A DNA stretch of 64,000 nt from positions 984,709 through 1,048,708 of the forward strand of contig OZ220698.1 of the NCBI GenBank assembly GCA_965116555.1. Direction: 5' to 3'. Positions 28,305-36,088 of the stretch are shown here, piece after piece (within the stretch, counting starts at the first letter, position 1; each line of letters opens with the position of its first letter). The position numbers were made by a program, and so were the translations under genes. Source of the DNA: Dehalococcoidia bacterium (GTDB lineage: Bacteria; Chloroflexota; Dehalococcoidia; Lucifugimonadales; QGNO01). The notes under the pieces were generated by a model. That model did no database searches and was not told the DNA's origin. It saw only the letters and a list, made by a program, of their open reading frames with translations.

Positions 28305-28777
28305 TGAACAACCTGTCTCTGCATATTCGCCAAGCTAGAGTTTACTACGTTCGCCTCTCCATCTGGGAGAGGGCGGGGTAGGGGTGGTACGGGTGATGGT
28401 TGGCTACTTGACAAAAGTGGACAAAAGTGGCGTTTTTTGCGTCGAAAGGGGTTTTTGGCGTGAAATGGCGTTTGATGGTGCAGTTGTGTAGTGCCTGAGA
28501 AGGGGATCCGTTTCCAACGTTATGTTAAGTACAAGGCTAAATGCGGAGCAAATTTTGGCGGAGGTGAGAAACGAATCAGATTCCGGGGCAAAGTTGAGGG
28601 TATGGAGGCGGTCGTTTTGGCTGCCATAGGGGGCACCACGCCGACGGTGCAGGGGTTGTTGGGCGCTTTTCTGCGAGTCCATGGGTTAAGAGTAGCGGGC
28701 GCGGGGGACGTGGGGAAGGGGGAGGTGTCAGGGGGGGTACCCCCATCGATGGGGAAGAGGATACACCGCCGCCCCGC

Positions 28778-29260
28778 CAGATTGCCACGCTGCGCTCGCA
28801 ATGACGAATGGGGTTGAATGACGAAGGAGCGCAAGGCGGGCTAGGTGGGAAGGGCAGGCGTGGGTTCCCGTTTCCCGTCTCCACTGGGCTCCCATCCTCC
28901 GCCCCCCTAGGCTCCCGCCTGCGCGGGAGCGACGGTGTGGCGCGGGAGCGACGATACGGGCACGGGCAAGGCGGGGTGCGTTAGTAACGTCAGACCCGGT
29001 TGACGCCCGCTCACTCCCTGTACGTCCCCGCCACCAGATTGCCACGCTGCGCTCGCAATGACGGAAGGGGGGTGGGAGCGACGGTGTGTTTGCAAGCGTG
29101 AGGCTTTGGATTCTTCACTCCGTTCAGAATGACGGTGTGTGAGGGGTGTCCGCTCACTCCCTTCGACGATGCTCAGGGTGAGCGGGTGGGTCTGCCTCCT
29201 CCGCTCGTGGTGAGCGGGATGGCCCCACACCACAGGATTGCTTCGCGTACGGTGGGCGTC
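28778..29260. repeat. Field of REP-like palindromic repeats between the nuclease gene and ku
   Basis: cagattgccacgctgcgctcgcaatgacg occurs twice (28778.., 29035..). gggagcgacggtgtg occurs three times. One copy of the unit tcagaatgacggtgtgtgaggggtgtccgctcactcccttcgacg..gctcagggtgagcgg lies at 29124..29185. Confidence 0.8.
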
Positions 29261-29270
29261 GCAGCCCCAT

Positions 29271-29300
29271 TTGACTCACCCAACCCGACACGGCTATCAT
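29271..29300 (+). promoter_or_regulatory. Probable ku promoter
   Basis: TTGACT (29271), 18 nt spacer, TATCAT (29295). GGAGG RBS at 29331, 5 nt before the ATG. Confidence 0.45.
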
Positions 29301-29340
29301 TCAACAAGTAAGGTATGCCCGGGGGAAATTGGAGGCATAG

Positions 29341-30189
29341 ATGGCAAGACGAGCGATTTGGAAGGGCGCGGTAGGCTTTGGGATGGTGGCTATTCCCATC
29401 AAGCTCTACACCGCCACGGAAAGCAAGGACATCTCCTTTGTCACCATGCACGGCGAATGTCACACCAGGCTGCGCAACAAGCGGTACTGCCCCCATCACG
29501 AGACCGAGGTGGAGCAGTCCGAGATTGTGCGCGCCTACGAGTACGCCAAAGATGAGTACGTTGTCATGGAAGAGAAGGACTTTGAGAATCTGCCCGTCGC
29601 TTCCATACGAAGCATAGATATCGTCAAGTTCGTTGACCTATCAAAGGTTGACCCGATCAACTTCGACCGTACCTACATGCTGGAGCCTGAAGGCGTAGGC
29701 ATAAAGCCGTTCTATCTGCTGAAACAGGCCTTGGAGACCTCCAAGCGCGCCGCCATCGCCAAGGTGTCGCTTCGCAACAAGGAGCACATCTGCACGCTGC
29801 GGCCGTACGAACACGCCATAGCCATGCACACCATGCACTATCCCGATGAGATACGCGGCACCAAAGAGCTGGACCTGCCAGAAGAGCAGACCGCCATCAC
29901 CGAGCAGGAAATGGCCATGGCCATGATGCTCATAGACCAGCTGTCCGCCGACTACGAACCCTCCGAGCACGAGGACCAGTACCGCCTTGCCCTGGAAAAG
30001 GTCATTGAAGGCAAGCTGACGTCTCAGGACGTGGTTACGGCGGCTCCTTCCGTTTCCAAGGGCAAGGTCACCGACCTGATGGAGGCGTTGAGAGCAAGCA
30101 TAGCCTCAGCGAAAGCGGAGACCCCTGCAGCAACGGAGACCAACGGCAAGACAAAGAAGAAGTCAAGACCGGCAAAGGCGAAAGCATAG
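29341..30189 (+). CDS. ku: Ku protein (non-homologous end joining)
   Basis: MARRAIWKGAVGFGMVAIPIKLYTATE is the canonical bacterial Ku N-terminus. Lys-rich C-terminal tail. 282 aa. Confidence 0.95.
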   Translation: MARRAIWKGAVGFGMVAIPIKLYTATESKDISFVTMHGECHTRLRNKRYCPHHETEVEQSEIVRAYEYAKDEYVVMEEKDFENLPVASIRSIDIVKFVDLSKVDPINFDRTYMLEPEGVGIKPFYLLKQALETSKRAAIAKVSLRNKEHICTLRPYEHAIAMHTMHYPDEIRGTKELDLPEEQTAITEQEMAMAMMLIDQLSADYEPSEHEDQYRLALEKVIEGKLTSQDVVTAAPSVSKGKVTDLMEALRASIASAKAETPAATETNGKTKKKSRPAKAKA

Positions 30190-30325
30190 GTCTTATATCC
30201 GATCATCTGGTTCGACAAGCTCACCATGAGCGGATATCCACCCCTGGATGCCCGTCGTCACGGGCGCCCAGGCAGGGAGGGCACGGCGGGTTCAGAGCTT
30301 GTGCGTCCTTGTCTCCCCACGATAC

Positions 30326-30543
30326 AGATTCTTCGCTTCGCTCCGCTGAGCTCAGAATGACGGTGTGTGAGGGGTGTCCGCTCACTCCCTTCGACGGCGC
30401 TCAGGGTGAGCGGGGATTGGGCGGTTCTCGAACCGCCCCTACAGGGTGACTTCCCCGCAGCACTAGATTGCTTCGCTGCGCTCAGAATGACGGTGTGAGA
30501 GGGGTATCCGCTCACTCCCTTCGACGGCGCTCAGGGTGAGCGG
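30326..30543. repeat. Two further copies of the about 85-bp REP-like unit plus a gcggttctcgaaccgcccc palindrome
   Basis: Units at 30326..30413 and 30465..30543 are near-identical to 29108..29185. Each holds the inverted repeat ccgctcac..tcgacg..gtgagcgg. Confidence 0.85.
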
Positions 30544-30602
30544 ATACTTGCACGGATTTATCACACATTGAATAGGGAAGGGTAGGGGGCTTGTTCATAC
30601 CA

Positions 30603-30630
30603 AGGGCCTCCCGGCAGTAGGGGAGGCCCT
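30603..30630. terminator. Strong hairpin between the convergent ku and ssrA genes (no U-tract)
   Basis: agggcctccc-ggcagtag-gggaggccct forms a 10-bp GC-rich stem. Lies 10 nt past the tmRNA 3' end. Confidence 0.35.
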
Positions 30631-30640
30631 TATCCATTCC

Positions 30641-30995
30641 TGGTGGAGACGAGGGGGAGTCGAACCCCCTGTCCAGAAGACGTTCTACTGGAACGTACTA
30701 CAGGCTTATTCGGTGTTAGATGTCTCACTCACTTGATTCAGACACCGACAACAAAGCAAGTGAGCCAGCCGATTGTCTTGGGCCAATCCTATCGGTGTCG
30801 GAGTGACCGCGTCCCCAATAGTGTGTCGCCTATCCGTAACCCTTGGGGAGCAGGTTATGGTAGACGTAGCCGCCTTAGGCAGCCAGTGCTAACTGTTTCT
30901 TGCCAGTTACTTTTTTTGCCGCCTTTTAACGAGGTGTGACGGCGCCTCGGCCTGCAGTCCCGCAGAACCACCCCCTGTCGAAACCACGCGTCCCC
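30641..30995 (-). ncRNA. ssrA: tmRNA (SsrA)
   Basis: Minus-strand 5' end is GGGGACGCGTGGTTTCGACAGGGGG. The 3' end is GGGGGTTCGACTCCCCCTCGTCTCCACCA, the tRNA-like acceptor/T-arm. Tag ORF at 30922..30875 reads (A)AKKVTGKKQLALAA-TAA. Lies directly downstream of smpB. Confidence 0.9.
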
Positions 30996-31031
30996 ATTTC
31001 TGTAGCTTCCATTATACCAAGAACCGCCAAG

Positions 31032-31514
31032 CTACGGCGAACCCAGGCCGGTCTTGGCGTAGCGCTCCATCTCTCGTTCTGCGTCACGGCGGGCTATGAC
31101 CTTGCGCTTATCGTACTGACGCCGCCCCCGCGCCAGGCCAAGCTCCATCTTGGCCTTGTGGTCTTTGATGTAAAGACGCAAGGGGACGACGGTAAGTCTC
31201 TTCTGACCAAGCTCCAACGCAAGGTGATCGATCTGATTGCGATGAAGCAGCAGTTTGCGAGGCCGTGAAGGCTCGTGGTTGTAGATGCCGCCCTTTACGT
31301 AATGAGCAATGTGCGAGTTGAACAGCCACATTTCGCCCTTCTCCTGGCGCGCATAGGCGTCTCGCAGGTTGACGCGTCCAGCGCGAACCGACTTGATCTC
31401 TGTGCCGGTGAGGACCAGGCCCGCTTCGACCGTCTCCAAGACATCGTAATCATGAAATGCCTTGCGATTTACGGTGATGACCCTGTATCCGTTCTTTCCC
31501 ATGTTTTCAATCAA
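31032..31514 (-). CDS. smpB: SsrA-binding protein SmpB
   Basis: 160 aa with NRKAFHDYDVLETVEAGLVLTGTEIKSVRAGRVNLRDAYA and a basic C-terminal tail. Confidence 0.95.
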   Translation of the reverse strand: MIENMGKNGYRVITVNRKAFHDYDVLETVEAGLVLTGTEIKSVRAGRVNLRDAYARQEKGEMWLFNSHIAHYVKGGIYNHEPSRPRKLLLHRNQIDHLALELGQKRLTVVPLRLYIKDHKAKMELGLARGRRQYDKRKVIARRDAEREMERYAKTGLGSP

Positions 31515-32947
31515 CCTATTGTCACAGGCGGGGTAGATGAGGGCTGAAGCTGCTCCAAAGCGGCCAGTAGTGGCCTGTCCACCAGCACCTCGAACAGCCC
31601 GTTGCCACGCTGTGTAACGGTTACTATCTCGCTGGATCCTAGTTGTTCGGCAATGGCCGCATCAAACGTAACCCAGCGTTCTGAGTCAGACGTGATGTCG
31701 GGTTGCAGCCCCTCTCCCTCAATCAAGCGTCCGTTGGGCGTGTACCACAGCGCCGCCGTAACGTACAGGGCGGAGCCGCTGTCCAGCTCCTTCAGCTCGT
31801 TCACGCTTCCCTTGCCGAAGGTCTGCGTACCGATTACCACGGCACGTCCGTGGTCTTGGAGGGCGCCGGCCAGCACCTCGCTGGAGCTGGCGCTTATCTC
31901 ATCGACCAGAACGACAAGCGGCATCTCGGTAGCTATACCGCCGCCGCTGACGGCCATATCGGTTCTCACCCCTTGTGCGTCCACCTGGTAGAGCACCAGG
32001 CCGTCTTCCAGGAACTGGCTGGCAATTGAGACGGTGGTGGAAAGGATGCCGCCCAGATTGCCTCTAACGTCCAGAACCAGCCCGGAGTACCCCTCTCGCA
32101 CTATTTCCACCAGCGCTTCCTCTACCTCATTGTCCGTTTCATCACGGAACCTGTCTATCCACAGGTAAGCTATCTCCTCGTTCAACGGCCGCCACCCGGC
32201 GGAAGGGGTTCTGATTGAAGCACGAGTGATGGTTATCTCCTGCGGTGTATCCTCTTCAGGGCGCAGCACCAGCAGATCAACAGCCGAACCTCTGGGCCCT
32301 CTAATGATGGCCACAGCCTCATCTACGCTGAAGCCGCTGATAGGCGTGCCGTCCACCTCCAAGAGCACGTCGCCGGAAAGCAGGCCGGCCTCATCTGCCG
32401 GGGTGCCCTCCATCACCGCTTGTATTGTGATACGGCCATCCTGCTCCCTTACCCAGGCGCCTATGCCTTCAAAATCCGATTCATAGCTTTCCACCACATG
32501 CTTGTAACCCTCAGGCGACAGGTAGGAGGTGTTGGGATCGCCCAAGGCATTCAGCATACCCCGTATAGCCGCTTCTTCCAGTATTTCTAGGGTGATTTCA
32601 TCATCGCCGTCCAAGCTTTCAGAAATACTCTGCCAGGCCTGCCGAACCGCTCCGAAATCGCCTTGATCCAGCGCTGTTTGGGAGTGCTGGCCGATTGCCC
32701 CGTTGGCGGAGAGAATATCCAACATTCCTTGGATAGCGCCGTTGGTAAGCATGCTCTGATCAAACTCCGCGACACCCACGTAGTCTTCGTCCAGTATCCG
32801 GTATACCTCCCAAACCCCGGCAAGCTCCGCAGGGACGCCGAAAGGCAGGCTGTTGGACCACAACCTATCGGCCACGTCAAAGGTCGCAAACGTCAAGATG
32901 ATGGTAAACAGACCGCCGTAAACAGCTATACGATGATGAAGTCTCAT
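31511..32947 (-). CDS. ctpA: S41 carboxy-terminal processing protease (PDZ-containing)
   Basis: PDZ domain (GTPADEAGLLSGDVLLEVDG), catalytic region SASSSEVLAGALQD...TFGKGSV, and an N-terminal anchor. Confidence 0.85.
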   Translation of the reverse strand: MRLHHRIAVYGGLFTIILTFATFDVADRLWSNSLPFGVPAELAGVWEVYRILDEDYVGVAEFDQSMLTNGAIQGMLDILSANGAIGQHSQTALDQGDFGAVRQAWQSISESLDGDDEITLEILEEAAIRGMLNALGDPNTSYLSPEGYKHVVESYESDFEGIGAWVREQDGRITIQAVMEGTPADEAGLLSGDVLLEVDGTPISGFSVDEAVAIIRGPRGSAVDLLVLRPEEDTPQEITITRASIRTPSAGWRPLNEEIAYLWIDRFRDETDNEVEEALVEIVREGYSGLVLDVRGNLGGILSTTVSIASQFLEDGLVLYQVDAQGVRTDMAVSGGGIATEMPLVVLVDEISASSSEVLAGALQDHGRAVVIGTQTFGKGSVNELKELDSGSALYVTAALWYTPNGRLIEGEGLQPDITSDSERWVTFDAAIAEQLGSSEIVTVTQRGNGLFEVLVDRPLLAALEQLQPSSTPPVTIG

Positions 32948-33046
32948 AGTGGAGCCTTTTATGCCGGGAACACCCTCATTCTAGCACAGGCAAAAGTGGG
33001 AACAGACATGCGGAGGGTGGCTCTAGTCACGCCACCGTGGACAACA

Positions 33047-33075
33047 TTGACAGCCCCATGGGTCGTTGATAGCAT
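33047..33075 (+). promoter_or_regulatory. Probable promoter about 220 nt upstream of gltA
   Basis: TTGACA (33047), 17 nt spacer, TAGCAT (33070). Confidence 0.45.
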
Positions 33076-33232
33076 GATTGTGCATGGAACACCGCAATGT
33101 TCGCTTTGGAATTCGGTCTGCAATACAGGGAGGGAAACCCGACGGTGGGCTATCACCAATCTAAGTTCATATACACCACTCTTCTTAGTTCCTTCCCAAT
33201 CTCAAGGGCGGCAAAATAGGGTAATCAAAAGG

Positions 33233-33266
33233 CTCGGTAGGCAGGTTGCCTCACCGAGTCTCTTTG
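33233..33266 (+). terminator. Intrinsic-terminator-like hairpin inside the gltA leader (attenuator or sRNA terminator)
   Basis: ctcggtaggca-ggt-tgcctcaccgag forms an 11-bp stem with a 1-nt bulge, followed by tctctttgtgg. Ends about 30 nt before the gltA ATG. Confidence 0.45.
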
Positions 33267-33294
33267 TGGCTGTAACAACCAGACAGGAGGCAGA

Positions 33295-34434
33295 ATGACG
33301 AGTTCAGGAATTGAAATACACAGAGGCCTTTCAGGAGTCTATCTTGATAGGACGGAGTCCTGTTTCATAGACGGGCAAGTAGGCAAGCTCCTTTACAGGG
33401 GCTACAACATACACGACCTTGCGGAAAAGTCGACCTTTGAAGAGGTGATATACCTCCTCCTGTACGGGAAGCTCCCCACGCAGGCAGAGCTGGACAGCTT
33501 CGACCAGGGGCTGCGCGCCGAAAGAGAGATCCCCAGCGAAGTCGTGGAGATCATAGACAAGGTCAAGTCGGCACACCCCATGGACGTGCTGAGGACGGCT
33601 GTATCCGCCCTGGCTGCATTCGACGACGAAGTAGACGACCTTTCCGCCGAAGCCACCATTCGCAAAGGGCTGCGCCTTACCGCGAAGTCCACGACCATAG
33701 TGGCCGCCCACGACAGAATCAGAAACGGGAAGCCGCTTGTGGCGCCAAACCCCGATCTGAACCACGCGGGCAACTTCCTCTACATGCTGTTTGACAAGGT
33801 ACCGACGGAAGATGAGGCCAGGATCCTGGACGTGGACTTCATCCTGCACGCGGAACACGGCGCCAACGCCTCGGCGTTTGCCGCACGCGTCACGGCTTCC
33901 ACGGTTAGCGACCTTCACTCTGCGGTAGTAACGGGCATCGGCACCCTGAAGGGGCCGCTGCACGGTGGAGCCGCCGAAGCGGTGCAGAAGATGGCCGAGG
34001 AGGTAGGCTCTCCGGAGAACGCCGCGGCCTACGTGAGGAACATACTGGATAACCGCGGCCGCATCATGGGCTTTGGCCACAGGGTCTACAAGGCAGAGGA
34101 CCCAAGGGCAAGGCATCTGGCGGCGCGTTCTCAGACCCTTGGCGTGGACAGGGGCGAGCCTCACTGGTTCCAGATACTCCAGAACATCCAAGAGGCAATG
34201 AAGCCGTATCAGTCCAGGGGTATCTACGTAAACGTCGACTTCTTTGCCGGGTCGATATACTACTTGCTGGGCATCCCCGAAGACATCTTTGTTCCAATCT
34301 TTACCCTGGGGCGGATCCCCGGTTGGACGTTGAACGTGGTGGAGCAGTCCGCCAACAACATGCTGATACGCCCGCTGATGGAGTACACCGGCCCGATGGA
34401 CGTAGAGTACGTGCCGATAGATCAGCGCAGCTAG
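33295..34434 (+). CDS. gltA: Citrate synthase (small, about 380-aa type)
   Basis: 379 aa. Contains ..LILHAEHGANAS.., ..GPLHGGA.., ..GFGHRVYK..DPR.., the catalytic His/His/Asp-region motifs of citrate or 2-methylcitrate synthases. Confidence 0.9.
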   Translation: MTSSGIEIHRGLSGVYLDRTESCFIDGQVGKLLYRGYNIHDLAEKSTFEEVIYLLLYGKLPTQAELDSFDQGLRAEREIPSEVVEIIDKVKSAHPMDVLRTAVSALAAFDDEVDDLSAEATIRKGLRLTAKSTTIVAAHDRIRNGKPLVAPNPDLNHAGNFLYMLFDKVPTEDEARILDVDFILHAEHGANASAFAARVTASTVSDLHSAVVTGIGTLKGPLHGGAAEAVQKMAEEVGSPENAAAYVRNILDNRGRIMGFGHRVYKAEDPRARHLAARSQTLGVDRGEPHWFQILQNIQEAMKPYQSRGIYVNVDFFAGSIYYLLGIPEDIFVPIFTLGRIPGWTLNVVEQSANNMLIRPLMEYTGPMDVEYVPIDQRS

Positions 34435-34474
34435 TAGGGTACCTTCAGGTACAGAACGTCTCGCAAGCCATTCA

Positions 34475-34509
34475 GAGCCCTCTACAGTAAATGTAGGGGG
34501 CTCTTTTTG
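34475..34509 (+). terminator. Rho-independent terminator, copy 1 of a repeated module
   Basis: gagccctctaca-gtaaa-tgtagggggctc followed by tttttgtg. Confidence 0.8.
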
Positions 34510-34602
34510 TGCAATTCTTACCGTCTAGAGACCGTAAGACTGGTGTCTAAGGGTCTCCCTAGTAGGTAGACTACTCCCAGCCTTGTTTGATAGGCTCTAT
34601 CC

Positions 34603-35025
34603 ATGAAAGACGGAGACGCTAAGGCTCGACTTTACAGAGCCCAGCAAGGCAGATGCGCCTATTGCGGCCATGCCAGACCCCTCCGTTTCCTGGTCATAGA
34701 CACCAAGTGGCCAGCACTCCGTGCTATTGAGGATGCGATAGCCCACCTGCAGCTACTATGCCACTCCTGCCGCGCACGTAAGGGTACTCAGTCAGACGAC
34801 CAGTTTCGGACTCGCCACCAGCACCTTATACCGAAAGATGAGAGCATTCCTGATCCACCTATTCCCTACGATAGCTGGGAACCGGTAAAGGATCAGCCGT
34901 TTTTAGTGAAGTACCTGAGACAACCTGACCCACTTATCTACTGGCTGGCTCTGATCCTGTTCCTAGTAGGCGCAGCTCTAATCGCTATAGGTGTGGCCGA
35001 GATAGTTGCCCACTACAGGAGTTAG
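34603..35025 (+). CDS. HNH-like zinc-finger protein with degenerate catalytic residues and a C-terminal TM anchor
   Basis: CAYCG ... VIDTKWP ... HLQLLCHSCRARKG. Both CxxC pairs are present, but the DH histidine is Thr and the final N/H is Arg. TM segment YWLALILFLVGAALIAIGVA. Confidence 0.55.
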   Translation: MKDGDAKARLYRAQQGRCAYCGHARPLRFLVIDTKWPALRAIEDAIAHLQLLCHSCRARKGTQSDDQFRTRHQHLIPKDESIPDPPIPYDSWEPVKDQPFLVKYLRQPDPLIYWLALILFLVGAALIAIGVAEIVAHYRS

Positions 35026-35043
35026 AGAAGGAAAGCCTCCTGA

Positions 35044-35332
35044 ACGCGTAGGTCGGGCCAAACAGTCTCGCAAGTCATCCAGAAGCCCTCTACAGTACAT
35101 GTAGGGGGCTCTTTTTGTGCAATTCTTACCGCCTAGAGACCGCAAAACTGGTGTTTAGGGGGCTTTCGGGTGGTAGGGGCCTAAGCAGTAGGAAAAGGGC
35201 GTAGTTTTGGCTTTGGTTGTGTTACCCTCTTTGAACGGATCCTGAATCGGCAGGAGCATAAGGCGGCTAGATGCTCTCCAAATTCACGTCCACAACCATT
35301 CGCCTGGTTCTAATCACCCCACTGATCGGGGT
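35044..35332 (+). repeat. Cassette module copy A (3' remnant + terminator + leader + RBS + signal-peptide codons)
   Basis: Aligns along its length with 35800..36088. The last 100 bp (35233..35332) are identical to 35989..36088. Confidence 0.9.
35084..35116 (+). terminator. Rho-independent terminator, copy 2
   Basis: agccctctaca-gtaca-tgtagggggct followed by ctttttgtg. Confidence 0.75.
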
Positions 35333-35816
35333 CTGGCTCATGGCGATGCCGGAGCGAGCGGAAGCACATACTTGCAGCCTGCCCCCGGTGTCCGAGAAGC
35401 TTAGACTCGTTGACCGGGTATTCATGGGCAAAGTTACCTCACTCAAGCTGGAAAGGGATATACCAGCCTTGTTGGGCAAATTTGCTGTGTCCACCGTTTG
35501 GAAGGGGCCTTTAGACAGGACTGCACACGTCTACACCTACGGAGATTGGGGTGCCTATTTTGAGGAGGGCGAGGAATTCCTTGTCTATGCTTACTACCGT
35601 GACGAAATTGGGCCTTACCTATGGACCGACCTTTGCCTTGCGTACAGTACGTCGGAACTACAGGAGTATTATCCCGACGAGTTGGCCGAACTCGGTGAGG
35701 GCAAGTCTCCTCCGCCGACTATCGCCGAAAGATTCCTGTATGGAGTGATTGGACTTTCGCTCATAGGACTGGCCGGCATGTTGTGGTTGGCCTGGCGGAC
35801 GCGTAGGTCGGGCTAA
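35271..35816 (+). CDS. Membrane-anchored secreted protein, TIMP/NTR-like OB-fold candidate (paralogue 1)
   Basis: Signal peptide, then HTCSLPP..VDRVFMGKVTS..VSTVWKGPLD..FEEGEEFLVYAYY..LCLAYS..ELGEGKSPPP, and a C-terminal TM ending WLAWRTRRSG. Confidence 0.6.
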   Translation: MLSKFTSTTIRLVLITPLIGVWLMAMPERAEAHTCSLPPVSEKLRLVDRVFMGKVTSLKLERDIPALLGKFAVSTVWKGPLDRTAHVYTYGDWGAYFEEGEEFLVYAYYRDEIGPYLWTDLCLAYSTSELQEYYPDELAELGEGKSPPPTIAERFLYGVIGLSLIGLAGMLWLAWRTRRSG

Positions 35817-36088
35817 ACAAGTTATCGCAGTCCATACAGAGCCCTCTACAGTAAATGTAGGGGGCTCTTTTTGTGCAATTCTTACCGTCTAGAGACCGGC
35901 AAACTGGTGTTTAGAGGGCTTTCGGGTGGTAGGGGGCCTCATCGGTAGGAAAAGGGGTAGTTTTGGCTTTAGTTGTGTTACCCTCCTTGAACGGATCCTG
36001 AATCGGCAGGAGCATAAGGCGGCTAGATGCTCTCCAAATTCACGTCCACAACCATTCGCCTGGTTCTAATCACCCCACTGATCGGGGT
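35800..36088 (+). repeat. Cassette module copy B
   Basis: See 35044..35332. A shorter third copy (terminator plus about 45 bp) lies at 34458..34553, and a degenerate fourth at about 36766..36815. Confidence 0.9.
35839..35872 (+). terminator. Rho-independent terminator, copy 3
   Basis: gagccctctaca-gtaaa-tgtagggggctc followed by tttttg. Confidence 0.8.

Noticed and set aside
28404-29555. Cluster of 90-110-aa ORFs on both strands between the nuclease gene and ku
   Set aside because: They translate the REP-like repeats (peptides such as LPRCARNDE, PFDDAQGERV) and overlap each other in all frames. There is no RBS or domain support.
30190-30995. Possibility that ku and its flanks form a genomic island integrated at ssrA
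   Set aside because: I found no integrase or recombinase gene and no duplicated copy of the tmRNA 3' end (gagtcgaaccccc...) in 28300..30640. Only REP-type repeats flank ku. The idea is retained only as a weak remark in the repeat finding.
30643-31268. Plus-strand ORFs 30643..30939 and 30936..31268
   Set aside because: They overlap the tmRNA gene and smpB on the opposite strand. The tRNA-like ends and the tag ORF explain this region.
33100-33160. Cobalamin-riboswitch-like string cagggagggaaacccgacggtgggc in the gltA leader
   Set aside because: Only a loose resemblance to the AGGGAA...GGTG core. The B12 box (gccactg) and the other conserved helices are absent, and the downstream gene has no cobalamin connection.
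33331-34191. 286-aa ORF on the minus strand
   Set aside because: Antisense to citrate synthase. Shadow ORF.
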